Source of the DNA: Mustelus asterias
Lineage: Eukaryota
NCBI RefSeq assembly: GCF_964213995.1
Contig: NC_135805.1
Span: forward strand, 134,044,001-134,108,000
Reading direction: 5' to 3'
Length of the DNA: 64,000 nt
The position numbers and the translations under genes were made by a program. The notes beneath the pieces were generated by a model, which did not search any database, was not told where the DNA came from, and saw only the letters and a list, made by a program, of their open reading frames with translations. Numbering within the stretch: the first letter of the stretch is position 1; each line of letters starts with the position of its first letter. Below, one piece after another: positions 1 through 12,846 of the stretch.

Positions 1-459
1 TCCTACAAATAATACAAGGAAATTTCTTTGTCCACATTCTCCATAGGTTCAATTACAGCAGAGCTGCCATTCAAGTCGATAATCTCTCATCAGAACTAGT
101 CAAATTTAAAGATGTAGTAGGTTTTAAGCTGTTCAGATGTTGCCACACCTGTTGAGAATTCCTAACATTTTTTGCTTTAATTTCAGATTTCCAGCATCCA
201 CAATGTTTTGCTTCTGTTTCAATAAGAGGAACTGCCGTGATTCTATGGACCTTAACCTCCTTGAAGTAGTAATCAGCGTTTCCACTATGTACCCACTTAC
301 CTGTGCTAAATTTCTAAAATACCTGTCTCACACAAACTTCCTGACTCAGACCAGGTGAGATTCAGGCAGCTCAGCGCATCCTTAGGTCTTGAGTCGTTGT
401 TCCAAAGAAGCAGAGTGAAAAGGACACGCACTAGCTGCCATAGAGCAGGTGAGTTTATC

Positions 460-953
460 AACAACTTTTACCGGTGCACCATAGAAAGCATTCTTTCTGG
501 TTGTATCACAGCTTGGTATGGCTCCTGCTCTGCCCAAGACCACAATAAACTACAAAAGGTTGTGAATATAGCCCAATCCATCACACAAACCAGCCTCCCA
601 TCCATTGACTCTGTCTACACTTCCCGCTGACTCGGAAAAGCAGCCAGCATAATTACGGACCCCACCCACCCCGGACATTCTCTCTTCCACCTTCTTCCGT
701 CGGGAAAGATACAAAAGTCTGAGGTCACCTACCGACCAGCTCAAGAACAGTTTCTTCCCTGCTGCCATCAGACCTTTGAATGGACCTACCACGCATTAAG
801 TTGATCTTTCTCCACACCCTAGCTATTACTGTAGCACTGCATTCTGCACCCTCTCCTTTCCTTCTCTATGAACGGTATGCTTTGTCTGTATAGCACGCAA
901 GAAACAATACTTTTCACTGTATACAATACATGTGACAATAATAAATCAAATCA
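460..953 (+). mobile_element. Rex1/Babar-type LINE, 5'-truncated 3' fragment
   Basis: Translation NFYRCTIESILSGCITAWYGSCSAQDHNKLQKVV is typical of the Rex1 RT C-terminus; ends in tgtgacaataataaatcaaatca. Confidence 0.8.
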
Positions 954-1959
954 GTTTAGAGGTCTCATTGAAAATAACAGGCCAGTGAGGAGGTAAGTAT
1001 CTGAGGTAAGTGGTGGGATTTTAGGGTCGGACAGCAAGGAGTGGGATTGGACACCAGTGGGAGGTTCGACATCAGAAGAGGGGGTCAGACATTGGTGGTA
1101 TGATTCCGAGGGGAGGGGGGAGGTTCAAGAGGGGTCAGTTTGGGATCAGGTCAAGTGGGGTCAAAATGGGGGTGGGAGGTGGTGCACAGCTGGGTCAAGT
1201 TGGAGGAGTCCAGGCAGGTGGTCGGGTCGAAAGAGAGACATGGAGAATCCTATATGTGTGTGGGGGGGAGGAATACCATGCTGGTATTCTGGGGGGGTGG
1301 GGGGGTTGCTTAGTGGTGGGAGGGGTATTATTCTCTGGAGTCTCATGAATAAGGAGGGGTGTTTCGAGTAGGGCTCAGTCTGGGTTTCTTAAATAGTTAT
1401 GCCAAAGTTAGAAGTACTTCTATTTCTTCTAACTGTTTCAGGCTAACTATTACCGTAACACTGACAGAAACATCCAAAGTTTGACAATTAAATAACTTTG
1501 TCAGATGGTTCCCAGCACTGTGCAATTGTCCAGGGGAAGTTAGTGCTCCTGGACAATTGCAGCGCAAACCCTTACCTGGGAACTTCTGAGAGGGATTCCC
1601 CAGCACATCTTTGACGTATCACCCAAATCTGCCAGGAGGTTACAGGCCACTGTGCGTCAGAACATGTGCATCACACGAAAGTTTCTAACACAAATTATTA
1701 TCTGGCCTAGAATACAGGAAATTTACTGACATAATTCAATCAAGGAAAAATTAGACTGATTGGCGGGGCTGGGGAATCTCAATGCATCAAATGAATGAAG
1801 AATATGTAATAAATAAATATTTGTGTAACTTGATGAAGTGAACTTCAATGCTGGCAGCTGTTGAATTATTTAAAACTTGTTTCTTTAGTTCAGGAGCAAT
1901 GTGCAAATCTTTAGAGCTCGCATACTTCATTTTACGAAGAACACTTCTTTATATGTCAA

Positions 1960-2470
1960 CCATTCAGCCCCTCAAGCCTTTTCTGGTACTGTTTCTGATC
2001 ATGACTGATCTGTTTTCCAACTTCATTTACTTTGATCCACAAGCCAACAAAAATCTGTTGATTTTACTATTGAAAATTCCAACCATATCATGCTGTTGGG
2101 GAAGATGGTTCCAAATTTCTATTATCCTTTCTGTGAAAAATACTTTTCAATGTCACTTGTAAATTACCTAATTAATTTTAAAATTGTTTCCTTGTTCTAA
2201 GTTTTTATCTCTAGAGGGAAAAGCTTCTTTGTGTCTTATCCATTTGTTATTTTAAACAGCTCCATTAGATCATCCTTCTAAATTTAGGGGAACGCAAGCC
2301 ACATTTATGTAATCGGTCCTAATAATGCTATACATGCCAGTATCATTCTGGTGAATGTGTGGTATAGCTCCTGCAAAGTCAACATTTCTTTCCTGAGGTC
2401 CAATGTCCTAAAGTGGTGCACTACTTCAGATGGGGTCTGACCAAGGCTCTGCCCAACTAAAGCATCACTC
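1960..2470 (-). mobile_element. Degenerate CR1 LINE 3' fragment
   Basis: Decayed similarity to the better-preserved CR1 copies at 13801-14604 and 53441-54363. Confidence 0.5.
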
Positions 2471-2554
2471 CATCACTTTTGGACTCAAACTCACCCATGC
2501 ACACAAGCTTTAGTGCACTATGTATAAAACCCTTTGCTCATCGATAGTTCCTAA

Positions 2555-2860
2555 AGTTTAAAGTTTATTTATTAGTGTCACAAGTAGGCTTATGTTAACA
2601 CTGCAATGAAGTTACTGTGAAAATCCCCTAGTTGCCACACTCCGCCGCCTGTTCGGGTACACTGAGGGAGAATTTAGCATGGTCAATTCACCTAATCAGC
2701 ACATCTTTGGACTGTGGGAGGAAACCGGAGCACCCGGAGGAAACTAACGCAGACACAGGGCGAACGTGCAAACTCCACGCAGACAGTGACTCAAGCCAGG
2801 AATCAAACCCAGATCCCTGGCACTGTGAGGCAGCAATGCTAACCACTGTGCTAACCACTA
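2555..2860 (-). mobile_element. tRNA-derived V-SINE, alternative-tail subfamily
   Basis: tRNA-like head plus V-core (gtgctccggtttcctcccacagtcc on minus) and tail ...cttgtgacactaataaataaac. Confidence 0.85.
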
Positions 2861-3687
2861 GTCATTTGCCATTAAGAAACTATTCCAATTTGCTTTTCCT
2901 GGATCCAAAGCAGATAGCCCACACTTCCCTCAGTGCATTCCTCTGCTCTATTGAGTCATTTTGTAATGATGCCTCCAAACTTGAATGTACAATTCTCTTT
3001 TCCATCATATGGTGAAAAACTGAGCTTACAGCCCTGGGGAAAACCACTTGTCACGTCATGTCAAAAGGGCGTGCGCCCTTTCCCAAACTGTCATTTCCCA
3101 CCTCTCAACCAGGGCCAGGGGGACAAATTGCGGGCCCAGATACTTCTCCTGTTTCTGGCCCCTTATCCCATCTCTGCCCTTTACACCTTACCCTCAGGCA
3201 TGCATGCTATTTTCCCCTTTCAAGATTCATCACTCGATTTGCCATAAACAATCACAGAAAAGTCCTTGCAATATGATAACTCCCATTGTTGGCATCTGAT
3301 TACAAATAACATCTAATCTGTATATGCAGCTCGAGTCATTAATATTAAAAGCAGCAATGACATAATGCAGTGCCAGTTTTTGTGCACCCTAGGTGATCTT
3401 GCTGTGACTGTTAAACAAACCAGAGAGTAAAAGTTTTAGTTTAACAGCATAATGCAATATTGTTAATTTGACAGAAAAATATCCCTTTAGTTATTTATAA
3501 CACCATGCAGACGATAACACTATTTCAGTGACTGCCTCATTAACATATGCTGTACCTTACATGGTGATAGTAAATGTAAATCTGGGGGAAAGATTATTTT
3601 ATGGGACTTGAGCTTTGCTGGTGAGGAGAACATTTATTGCCCATCTCTAATTGGCCTTGAAGGAAACTTCTTCCAGCTTTCGCAGTT

Positions 3688-3920
3688 ATGACCCTGGACA
3701 CTCCAAGCCTGCAGGTCATCATTGTGCACCCTTCTTCAATCACCTTTGATGCTCCCTCCATCACCCTTGACCGTCTTCCCACCATCTTTGGTCAACTGAT
3801 TGTCAAAGTAGGACTATCTGGCACCACACTGGATCTGTCCACCTTCACCCTCGACATGCCAAGCATCATCTTCAACCTTCCCTCTATCACTAGTGACCTG
3901 TTCTCAATCACCCTTGACCT
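3688..3920 (+). repeat. Degenerate 21-bp tandem repeat (about tccatcacccttgacctcccc)
   Basis: 7-residue periodicity (SITLDLP-like) in ORF 3688-3957; repeated atcaccc/tttga motifs. Confidence 0.6.
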
Positions 3921-4860
3921 CTCCCTATCATGCTTGATCTCCCCCTATCATGCTTGATCTCCCCCTATCGTGCTTGATCTCCCCCTATCGTGCTTGATCT
4001 CCCGCTATCGTGCTTGATCTCCCGCTATCGTGCTTGATCTCCCCCTATCGTGCTTGATCTCCCCCTATCGTGCTTGATCTCCCGCTATCGTGCTTGATCT
4101 CCCCCTATTGTGCTTGATCTCCCCCTATCATGCTTGATCTCCCCCTATCGTGCTTGATCTCCCCCTATCGTGCTTGATCTCCCCCTATCGTGTTTGATCT
4201 CCCCCTATCGTGCTTGATCTCCCGCTATCGTGCTTGATCTCCCCCTATCGTGTTTGATCTCCCGCTATCGTGCTTGATCTCCCCCTATCGTGCTTGATCT
4301 CCCGCTATCATGCTTGATCTCCCCCTATCGTGCTTGATCTCCCGCTATCGTGCTTGATCTCCCCCTATCGTGTTTGATCTCCCGCTATCGTGCTTGATCT
4401 CCCGCTATCGTGCTTGATCTCCCCCTATCGTGTTTGATCTCCCGCTATCGTGCTTGATCTCCCGCTATCGTGCTTGATCTCCCCCTATCGTCTTTGATCT
4501 CCCGCTATCATGCTTGATCTCCCCCTATCGTGTTTGATCTCCCGCTATCGTGCTTGATCTCCCCCTATCGTGCTTGATCTCTCCCTATCGTGCTTGATCT
4601 CCCTCTATCGTGTTTGATCTCCCGCTATCGTGCTTGATCTCCCCCTATCGTGCTTGATCTCTCCCTATCGTGCTTGATCTCCCCCTATCGTGCTTGATCT
4701 CCCCCTATCGTGCTTGATCTCTCCCTATCGTGTTTGATCTCCCGCTATCGTGCTTGATCTCTCCCTATCGTGCTTGATCTCCCCCTATCGTGCTTGATCT
4801 CCCGCTATCGTGCTTGATCTCCCCCTATCGTGCTTGATCTCTCCCTATCATGCTTGATCG
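3921..4860. repeat. Minisatellite, 47 x 20 bp (ccccctatcgtgcttgatct)
   Basis: Directly visible in-register tandem array with few substitution variants (cccgct, ctccct, tgtttg, atca). Confidence 0.98.
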
Positions 4861-5902
4861 CCTTTGGTAGAGATTGACATTCCCTCTGTCCCCCACAAAC
4901 CCTTTTAGGCCTGTTATGATCCAACATCCCTCCATCAACCGTGTCCCAACCTCCCTAGACAGCCAGCACCTGAGCTCAATACAAAAGGTCAGTCTCCTCT
5001 CTCCGGTCCAAAAAAGCTCTGCATGAAAAAAGCAGCTCCTACTCACTTCAAATCCACCAGGAAGTCTATCTCGCCTGCTACATGCATTGTTTAATAAGTT
5101 GCGACCTAAAGGCACGTGTTTCTCATTTGCTGCCGACAATCTCAAAAGTACAATTTAATCCGATGACCATGTGTTTCTACAAGTACCAATGACATGCTAA
5201 TGTATTAAAACAGCAACCATAAGTGGACTTTAGTCCACCAATTTAATTCCCAACTTTCCTCCAGCCATTGCTAAACTGAGATTTCATCTCCTGCACAATT
5301 AAGTACTCCTGCCTGCCTGGTGGCATCATTAGATTTTTCCCTCGGGTGAGCCAGGGATAATTCTTAGCCGGTTTCTGTAAACACAGCCAGAACTGTCACA
5401 ATCACCAAGAAAACCACTGTTCCCTTCTGCAAGCTTTTCTTCCAATGTTGTGAAACATGTAATTCATGATTCATGTTAATATTTTAGAGATAATGTTTAA
5501 CCCTGGGAAGGTTATTGTTATGAAGGTAAAGTAATTAAAATGCTGGGCTTTAATAATTGTCAGAATGCCTAAAGAAACAGCATTGAAGAACATTACCCAT
5601 AACTGTTTCATAGAGTCAGAATAGAAGAGCTAAAGCTATAAAACAGCAGGTTGCTTACTTGGCTGGAGCAATTGTAAATTAAGGAGAAATAGCTTGAAGG
5701 TCAGTTTGAACAAGGCTACATCATCATGGAGATGGGTTGAGCTTAGAAAGGCTCTCTGGTTTCAATTTATCTGGTGTGTGCTGGGAGAGGTTTTTAGTTG
5801 CAGTTTAAACCTTGTGTGGTTTACAGCTTACTGGGAGAAGTTAGCCAAAATATATGACATTTAGACTAACCTGCACTATAAGCAGAGTAAAACACTAACT
5901 CA

Positions 5903-6000
5903 ACAAAAATAGAAAATGCTAGAAAATCTCAGCAGGTCTGACAGCATCTGTGGAGAGAGAACAGAACCAACATTTGAAATCTGGATGACTCTTCATCATT
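5903..6000 (-). mobile_element. Penelope-like terminal repeat fragment (family 2)
   Basis: Matches the arm at 29680-29783 (aaaatgct...cagcaggtctgacagcatctgtggagagag...gatgactcttcatca). Confidence 0.7.
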
Positions 6001-6210
6001 GACCAGATGGAAAATCCTCCTCATTGCCCGGATTTCAGACACAAAGCACTAATTCATAAATCTACCCTTCTAATTGCTGATATTGCTAGCAAACTGTAAT
6101 AGGAGACATCCACCACCCTGTTAATAGAAGAATCCATGAGCCCATACATTTTAACATTTTAGACAATAATGTTTTGGACCACTATATTCAAGTCTTTTTT
6201 CAAAGCATAC

Positions 6211-6300
6211 CTTAGTTCCTGAAGCTTTAATCTTGTCCACATAATCCCAAACCATCTGAGGAGGAATCCTACCTCCTACTTGTATTGTATCTGGCAAATC
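6211..6300 (-). CDS. PHF3: PHF3 exon (SPOC domain): DLPDTIQVGGRIPPQMVWDYVDKIKASGTK
   Basis: ctaaag acceptor, gtatgc donor, 90 bp, phase 0/0; close to the human PHF3 sequence as I recall it (DLPDSIQVGGRISPQTVWDYVEKIKASGTK). Confidence 0.95.
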
Positions 6301-6774
6301 CTTTAGGAAGGGAAAATGTTATAGCACATTAATTAAACCATTATGAAGCAAAGAACAATTTTCATATTTATTAATTCTCCCGCCCCTGCAATTCTGATTC
6401 TTGTCTGCAGCATTTCCCTCTCACAGAAGTCAATCAGTCACTGGAACAAGCAGGTGATGAGTTCTCAGATTACTGATAGCATTATCAGTATGGGCTGTGA
6501 CTGTAATTTGGTAATGATTTCCTGCTCCCACTGAGAAAGCCACTTCCACTTACAAATGGCCTAGGTTTTAAATTAGCAATGGGGATAAACATGGGCAGAA
6601 ACTTTCATGTGTTTATTTCTTTTTCTTTTCCCATGGACTTGCGCCAACATCATGCAGCTCACATGGCTAAGAACCAAAACTGCCTTTTTCCTGGTCTTTA
6701 CCAATGTGACTGCACTACAAGCAATGTAAAGAAAATAACATTTCCTTCTTCATGAAGAAGTGCCTGACATTTCA

Positions 6775-7082
6775 TCATGGAATCCCCACAGTGCTGAAGG
6801 TGCTCATTCAGCCCATTGAGCCTGCACTGACAACAATCCCACCCAGGCCTATTTCCGACACCCTATGTATTTACCCTGCTATTCCCCCTGACACTAAGGG
6901 GGCAATCAACCTAACCCACACATCTTTGGACTGTGGGAGGCAACTGGAGTAACCGGAGGAAACCCACGCAGATATAGGTAGGATGTGCAAACTCCAAATG
7001 GACAGTTACCCGAGGCCAGAATTGAACCCGGTCCCTGGTGCTGTGAGGCAGCAGTGCTAACCACTGTGCCACCATGCCACCC
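6775..7082 (-). mobile_element. HE1-like V-SINE with CR1-type tail
   Basis: Reverse-complement similarity to the copy at 33310-33650. Confidence 0.85.
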
Positions 7083-7459
7083 CTATGCCTGACTGATGTG
7101 ACTGATACTAGGAACTATTAGGTCGGGGAGCAGTGTAGGGGATAATTGTAAGGGGATCAACTCCACTCCTGTGAACTGTGAACATTAACACAATCAATAG
7201 TGTAAAATCAATAAATTGATAACTAAATCACACACACTAGAGGTGCTGATGTCTCACTGGTCAATGTCATCAATCTATTGCAGTAGCTTTCTTCCCTTGC
7301 CCCCATTATATGTCCTGAAATCAAACAATCAACTGCAAAAGTAATGCTTTTAATTCATTGCCTTTTTTGAAATATTAAACAATGCTTAAGATTTTGAAAA
7401 GCTTTGCCAAACTGACTTCTACACAATGAGATTTTTATTTCTGGTCTTGTCACAATGCA

Positions 7460-8220
7460 GGCACGATCTTACCAAAAAAATTCTAACGCTTAGTTCAAAA
7501 AATGAGCCACAATCTGATTCTTGCCAGCAGGGCAAAGCGGCTACTCAGCTCAAAAGGCGCTACTGCGCATGAGCCCTGATCTTCCAGTGCACTGTATCAA
7601 GAGTACACAGTGCACTGGGAGATTGTTTCTCACCACTCTCCCCCCCCCAGACTGCCACCTCCAATTTCCATCCCTGATTCCGATCCCGCACAGGGCGATC
7701 GCTGCCCCCATGCAGACCTGCCCCCTCCCTCTCGCCCCTGCTGATTGCTGTCCTGATGCAGAGTACACAGCTCCCATGCCCCTGCCTCATCTTCAGGCCC
7801 TGAGGCAGGGGCATGGGAGCTGCGTACTCTGCATCAGGCTGGCACTGCCCAAGGTGTACTGCCCATCGTTACCCCCAACCACCCAGGGAGGCTCAATGGC
7901 CTCCGGTCTCACTGGTGAAGCCGTTACGCCAGGTCCCCGTTGCTGAGAACCATACATGACCTGACAGTTAGGACCTCCACCGGTGAGGCCTTCAAAGCAA
8001 GTAAGCTCGGATGATTATGCCCCGGGTTCACTAATCATACTAAAGTGAGCTTATGAAATTTAAAATCAGCCTTGAGCCTGCTGGTTATTCCAGCAGATCG
8101 GGGCTGGCAACATCGCGAGAGGCGAGAACCCGGGCACAAACCCAGTTTTTCTTCTTCTGCATGGTCATACCAGCTCACCACATGGATTGTCCGGCATGAT
8201 GAGTCGGTAAGTTCGCCTCC
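7460..8220. mobile_element. Possible non-autonomous DNA transposon (MITE-like) with internal inverted repeats
   Basis: GC-rich island with imperfect terminal inverted repeats (ggcacgatcttacc / ggtaagttcgcctc) and internal hairpins at 7584-7618 and 7752-7838. Confidence 0.4.
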
Positions 8221-8409
8221 GCAGTGTTTTTCTTCCACAGTAATTTTTACCCCCTCCACCTTAGTGATGTTGATTCCTTGCTGCGATTCAGCTTCACAAG
8301 ATAGGGACCAAGAGGAGCTGCTTTAGTTATGATGACCATTGTCCCCTGCAAACAGCCTCGCTACCAAAGCTCACAAATCAAGAGTGGCTGTATGAGGGAT
8401 GTTCTTTAA

Positions 8410-8650
8410 AACTAAAACAGAAGATGCTGGAAAAACTCAGCAGGTCTCACAGCATCTGTAGGGAGAGAAACAGAGTTAATGTTTTGAGTCCAATTTACTC
8501 TTCTTCAGGACAACTCTAAAGTAGAGTCATGCGGACTTGAAACGTTATGTTTCTCTCTTCACAGAAGCTGCCAAACCTGCTGAGGATTTCCAGTGTTTTC
8601 TGTTTTTATTTCAGATTTCTAGCAGCCGCAGTCTTTTGCTTTTATTTCAA
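8410..8650. mobile_element. Short fold-back Penelope-like element (family 2)
   Basis: Two diverged inverted copies of the family-2 terminal repeat; the right arm carries an extra tail. Confidence 0.75.
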
Positions 8651-9028
8651 ATACTTTAAAATAACTGGCACCCTGACAGTGGTGCTCCAGCAACAAGTCA
8701 ACACCTTCTGAAGACAGAAAACTGATGAAAACTACAATTACTATATTTCTGTAATGTCAGTATAAATACAAGTTGCTTCTACCATTCATCATATCAATGG
8801 AAAAGTAACATAGCAGCTGTTTTCATTTCACGATAGCAAAAACGAGAGCCATCTTTATTGGACAAGATGATCAAGCTGGCTGAAACAATGCATTCTGAGC
8901 TATATTTTGGTGTGATAAATTTACACAGCAACAACAATGAAAATGTACATCCAGTACTTTGAAATACTGCAAAAGAAAACCTCGACTGCACTAGTAAAAT
9001 TAAAATGGACACAAAATGGGAACAGCAC

Positions 9029-9176
9029 CTCTGTTAGGTGATCCGCTGAACCAGAGACTGGATAGGCTTTGGTAACAAACTTTGCCACACTAGGCATGTT
9101 GATAAATCCCTTCCAGAGAGAATCCAGTCGAGCAAGAAACCTTGATTCATCTTCTGCAATATCATATGTGTCTGAC
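9029..9176 (-). CDS. PHF3: PHF3 exon (SPOC start): (R)SDTYDIAEDESRFLARLDSLWKGFINMPSVAKFVTKAYPVSGSADHLTE
   Basis: aatcag acceptor, gtgctg donor, 148 bp, phase 2/0; WKGFINMPSVAKFVTKAYPVSGS motif of PHF3 SPOC. Confidence 0.95.
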
Positions 9177-9346
9177 CTGATTTAAGAAAGTAAGAATGGA
9201 ACACAAAATGAAACTACGAATATTTCTACAGTATAAAACAAAGTTCAAATTACGGTTTCTCACATTATGTGGGGGTATGCTTTTGTGAACAGTAACTATG
9301 CACATATTGAGAATCCTACAGTGCAGTCTCAAATAACTATCCCCAC

Positions 9347-9548
9347 CTTGTCATAGAAGAGGTTGCTGGCTGTGGTGATTCAGGTCTCTCTCCCACTGTT
9401 GAATCAAAGGACAAAATAGTGGAAGCAGAGGAAAGAGCATCTGCTAAAAAGGCCATTTCAGCATCAACATCTGACTGGCGTCTCATCACACTTGTTGCCA
9501 CTTTGGCTTTAGGCAGATGGAGTTCTTCAGCAGGTGGTGCCATTCGAC
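9347..9548 (-). CDS. PHF3: PHF3 exon: (G)RMAPPAEELHLPKAKVATSVMRRQSDVDAEMAFLADALSSASTILS...SSMT(R)
   Basis: gttcag acceptor, gtgggg donor, 202 bp, phase 1/2; RMAPP...ADALSS matches PHF3. Confidence 0.92.
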
Positions 9549-12059
9549 CTGAACATAAAAGCATGTTACAAAGAATCCCATCACAAGTCATAGTACTTTT
9601 TAAGACTAATGACCAAATCAACATGCAAGGTCAGATATGCCGAAAGAGCAAGATGGTTTAATAATATTTTGGCACCTCACATTACTATTGGAGCCATTGT
9701 AGTCTTTGGAATTTTTTTTGCCCTGTTACTAGAGTTAAAATTAGTTGGCAGTTAGAAAACTAATAAAATGTTCAATGTAAATGCAACTTTTACTGGTGTC
9801 ATCAGTGGTGAGCCATATGTAGCTTCAGCTCAAATGAACTTACTTATTTCTAGGAAGAGTTTATAATGTTTTCTTCTGACCTGAGAACCAAACTTAAGCT
9901 CCTGACAAAATATAGAAATCTTGGGTATCTTAAAATAATAGTTCCATGGTATACTTTCCGATATAAAACAATTCATTGAATCAAAAAATCCAAACCCCAA
10001 TGAATTTTTCTTGCGAGTTAAAATGAGGAATGACAAGTAGGAAAAATACGAATCAAATGCTGTACAATATCATCAACTTACAGTGGACTTTGTTAATGCA
10101 AATGAAATAAGCCACACAAACTGCATATACCAAACGAAAAAACATTAGCAACTTTCTTCTGTAGAAAACCAACACATGTCCAATAGGTTAACCAATTTAA
10201 TTGCTTATAATCAACCAATTTTCTCCAGTCATCCATGAATTGAGCAACCTCATCCTTTCCTTTCAGCCAGGAGCAATGCTTAAATTTTCCTGTGGTATGT
10301 CTACTACCATAGATCTTGAGATCATATCTACAACCTGTCACTCTGGATTTGTCCAGTTATAGCAACAATCCGATATATCAGACAAATCAGGTCTACAAAC
10401 TATAAGCACTTAAACTGTAGTTAAATTGTATTCCTGCTCTGTTGCTGCTTACTCTCTTAACTTCCAATCATTTGGAACCACACCAACAGGAACTGAGTGG
10501 TTTAGTTGGGGCATTGTTTATTTTAATAAACACTATTGTCTGGTATAAGGTATTTCAGGTAATAAACAGACATTTGTGTAATTCCCCAACAATTAAGTTC
10601 CTTCTGTCCCCAGACATACTACTGCTAATGCACAATAGGATCAATGGCTTCTAAATGTGCTGTAACTTTTATGATGCTGAATTTCCCCCGACTTCATGTT
10701 TCCTCACTTGTTCCAATGCAAACAGTGCCCATGCGAGCATGAACTGCTCAAAATAGCCAAAATAACAGCAGGTTTCGGAGCATGCTTCTGGTTTTGTCGA
10801 AACTTAACATATTTCAACACATCCAGCAACTAAGACCAATTAACAAAAAGTTAGCATGATTGCCAAAGTATAACATTATTGGCTCCAGCAGGGTTGTTCA
10901 GTTTATAAATGTTTAAGAAATCAGTTCTACAGTTCTATAGGAGGGTCAATGGACTCGAAACGCCAACTGTGTTTCTCTCTCTGCTCAGATGCTTTCATCA
11001 CAACAATGCTGTTTAAGGCTTCAGGTTTCTGGCTTGGGCTACAAACTTGAATCACTTAAGCCTGATATTTTAACAAATAAGCTGATACAGAAGGCTACAT
11101 TAAAATGATATACAGACACATGGGAAGGGGTTTCAAATTGTCACTAGGGATGGGTGGTTGCTCAAACTTGTTCATCGGGTAGGCGTGCCAGTTTCCTGGC
11201 ACAAAACCGGAAGTCTGAGTTTGAATGGTACTGATGGGAATCAGAAGAGGCAGCCTGCTCGCTCTGTGTAATTGGCCAATTAAATGTATCAACACGCTCG
11301 TTGGCAGCTCCTTTAAAGGCTTAGATTTAGTTACTAATGGGTTGATTCAATGCACTGTCAGAATAAAGGCAGGATGGAGGAGGCGGTGACATAGTGAGCA
11401 GCGATCAAGGACAGCAGGACAGAGGCAAGATTGAAGCAGGAAGGTTGAGCGATGGCCCTCATTCACAGGCAAGCAACTGTGCTCAGTGATAAGTAATATC
11501 CTTAATATCTTTTGAAGTACTGACATGGGGTTTTGTGAGTTAGTGGGGATGTTGAGGGTTTCACGCAGACTCTGTAATCCAATGTTAACGAAGAAGAAAT
11601 GGGATTTAACTTTTCCAAGCTTGGCCCAACCAATGATGACAAGCAGCATCTGCCAGAGCTGAGGCAGACACCTTGGCAGCAGGAGTGAGGAAGAAGAGAC
11701 AGGAAGATTCCAGAGTCTGCACCTAATATGGTCGTCACCAGCATATTCCTTTGCCAACCCTCACCTCCCATTTTCCTGTGTTCCGCCATCATGAAATAGA
11801 AACACACAAATCAGCCTTAGTGCAAAAATATTCTGTGTTTTGTTGTTTAAATTATCTATTATTTACACCATAATCAGCCAAGCCATGGCCAATCCACCTA
11901 ACCTACACATCTTTGGACTGTGGGAGGAAACCAGAGCACCTGGAGGAAACCTACGCAGACACGGGGAGAACATGTTTTTACCTACCTATTCTATGATTCA
12001 TGTAAAAATAAATTTGATACAATGCTTTGTCTTTTCCAGACCGCTAAAAAGTTTTTTCC

Positions 12060-12840
12060 TTTATTCTTCATGACATGTGGGCATTTCTGGCAAGCACAGT
12101 AAGAAGTTTAACAACACCAGGTTAAAGTCCAACAGGTTTATTTGGTAGCAAAAGCCACACAAGCTTTCGGAGCTGCAAGCCCCTTCTTCAGGTGAGTGGG
12201 AATTCTGTTCACAAACAGAGCATATAAAGACACAAACTCAATTTACATGAATAATGGTTGGAATGCGAATACTATTCGAATACTATGCGAATAGTATTCG
12301 CATTCCAACCATTATTCATGTAAATTGAGTTTGTGTCTTTATATGCTCTGTTTGTGAACAGAATTCCCACTCACCTGAAGAAGGGGCTTGCAGCTCCGAA
12401 AGCTTGTGTGGCTTTTGCTACCAAATAAACCTGTTGGACTTTAACCTGGTGTTGTTAAACTTCTTACTGTGTTTACCCCAGTCCAACGCCGGCATCTCCA
12501 CATCATTTCTGGCAAGACCAGCATTTGTTCCCCATCTCTGATAACCATTGAATTGAGGGCAGTTAAGGGTCATTGGTGTGGGTCTGGGGTCACAAGTATG
12601 CTTGACCAGGGAAGGATGGCAGATTTCGTTCTCAAAGGATATTAGTGATTCAGATGTAATTTTACAACAATCGATGACAGTATCATCATTACCATTGCTG
12701 AGACTAGCTTTATATTCCAGACTTTATTAACTGAATTTAAAATCCATCAGGGGTGTGATTGGATTTGAATCCACGCTCCATAAGATTAGGCTGGGCCTTT
12801 GGATTACAGTGCAGTAACATTACCACTATGCCACCATCCA
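12060..12840 (-). mobile_element. tRNA-derived SINE (family B), interrupted by the Penelope fold-back at 12095-12503
   Basis: Similarity to 13350-13740 continues on both sides of the insertion; head begins a few bases from the exon donor at 12846. Confidence 0.75.
12095..12503 (+). mobile_element. Fold-back Penelope-like element (family 1) with hammerhead motifs
   Basis: 184-bp arms 12095-12278 and 12288-12471, 3' tail to about 12503, TSD catttctggcaag at 12082-12094 and 12504-12516; homologous to the ends of the GIY-YIG element at 42586-44219. Confidence 0.9.
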
Positions 12841-12846
12841 CATTAC

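Noticed and set aside
3921-4860. CRISPR-like array
   Set aside because: Units are directly adjacent with no unique spacers, in a vertebrate intron; it is a minisatellite
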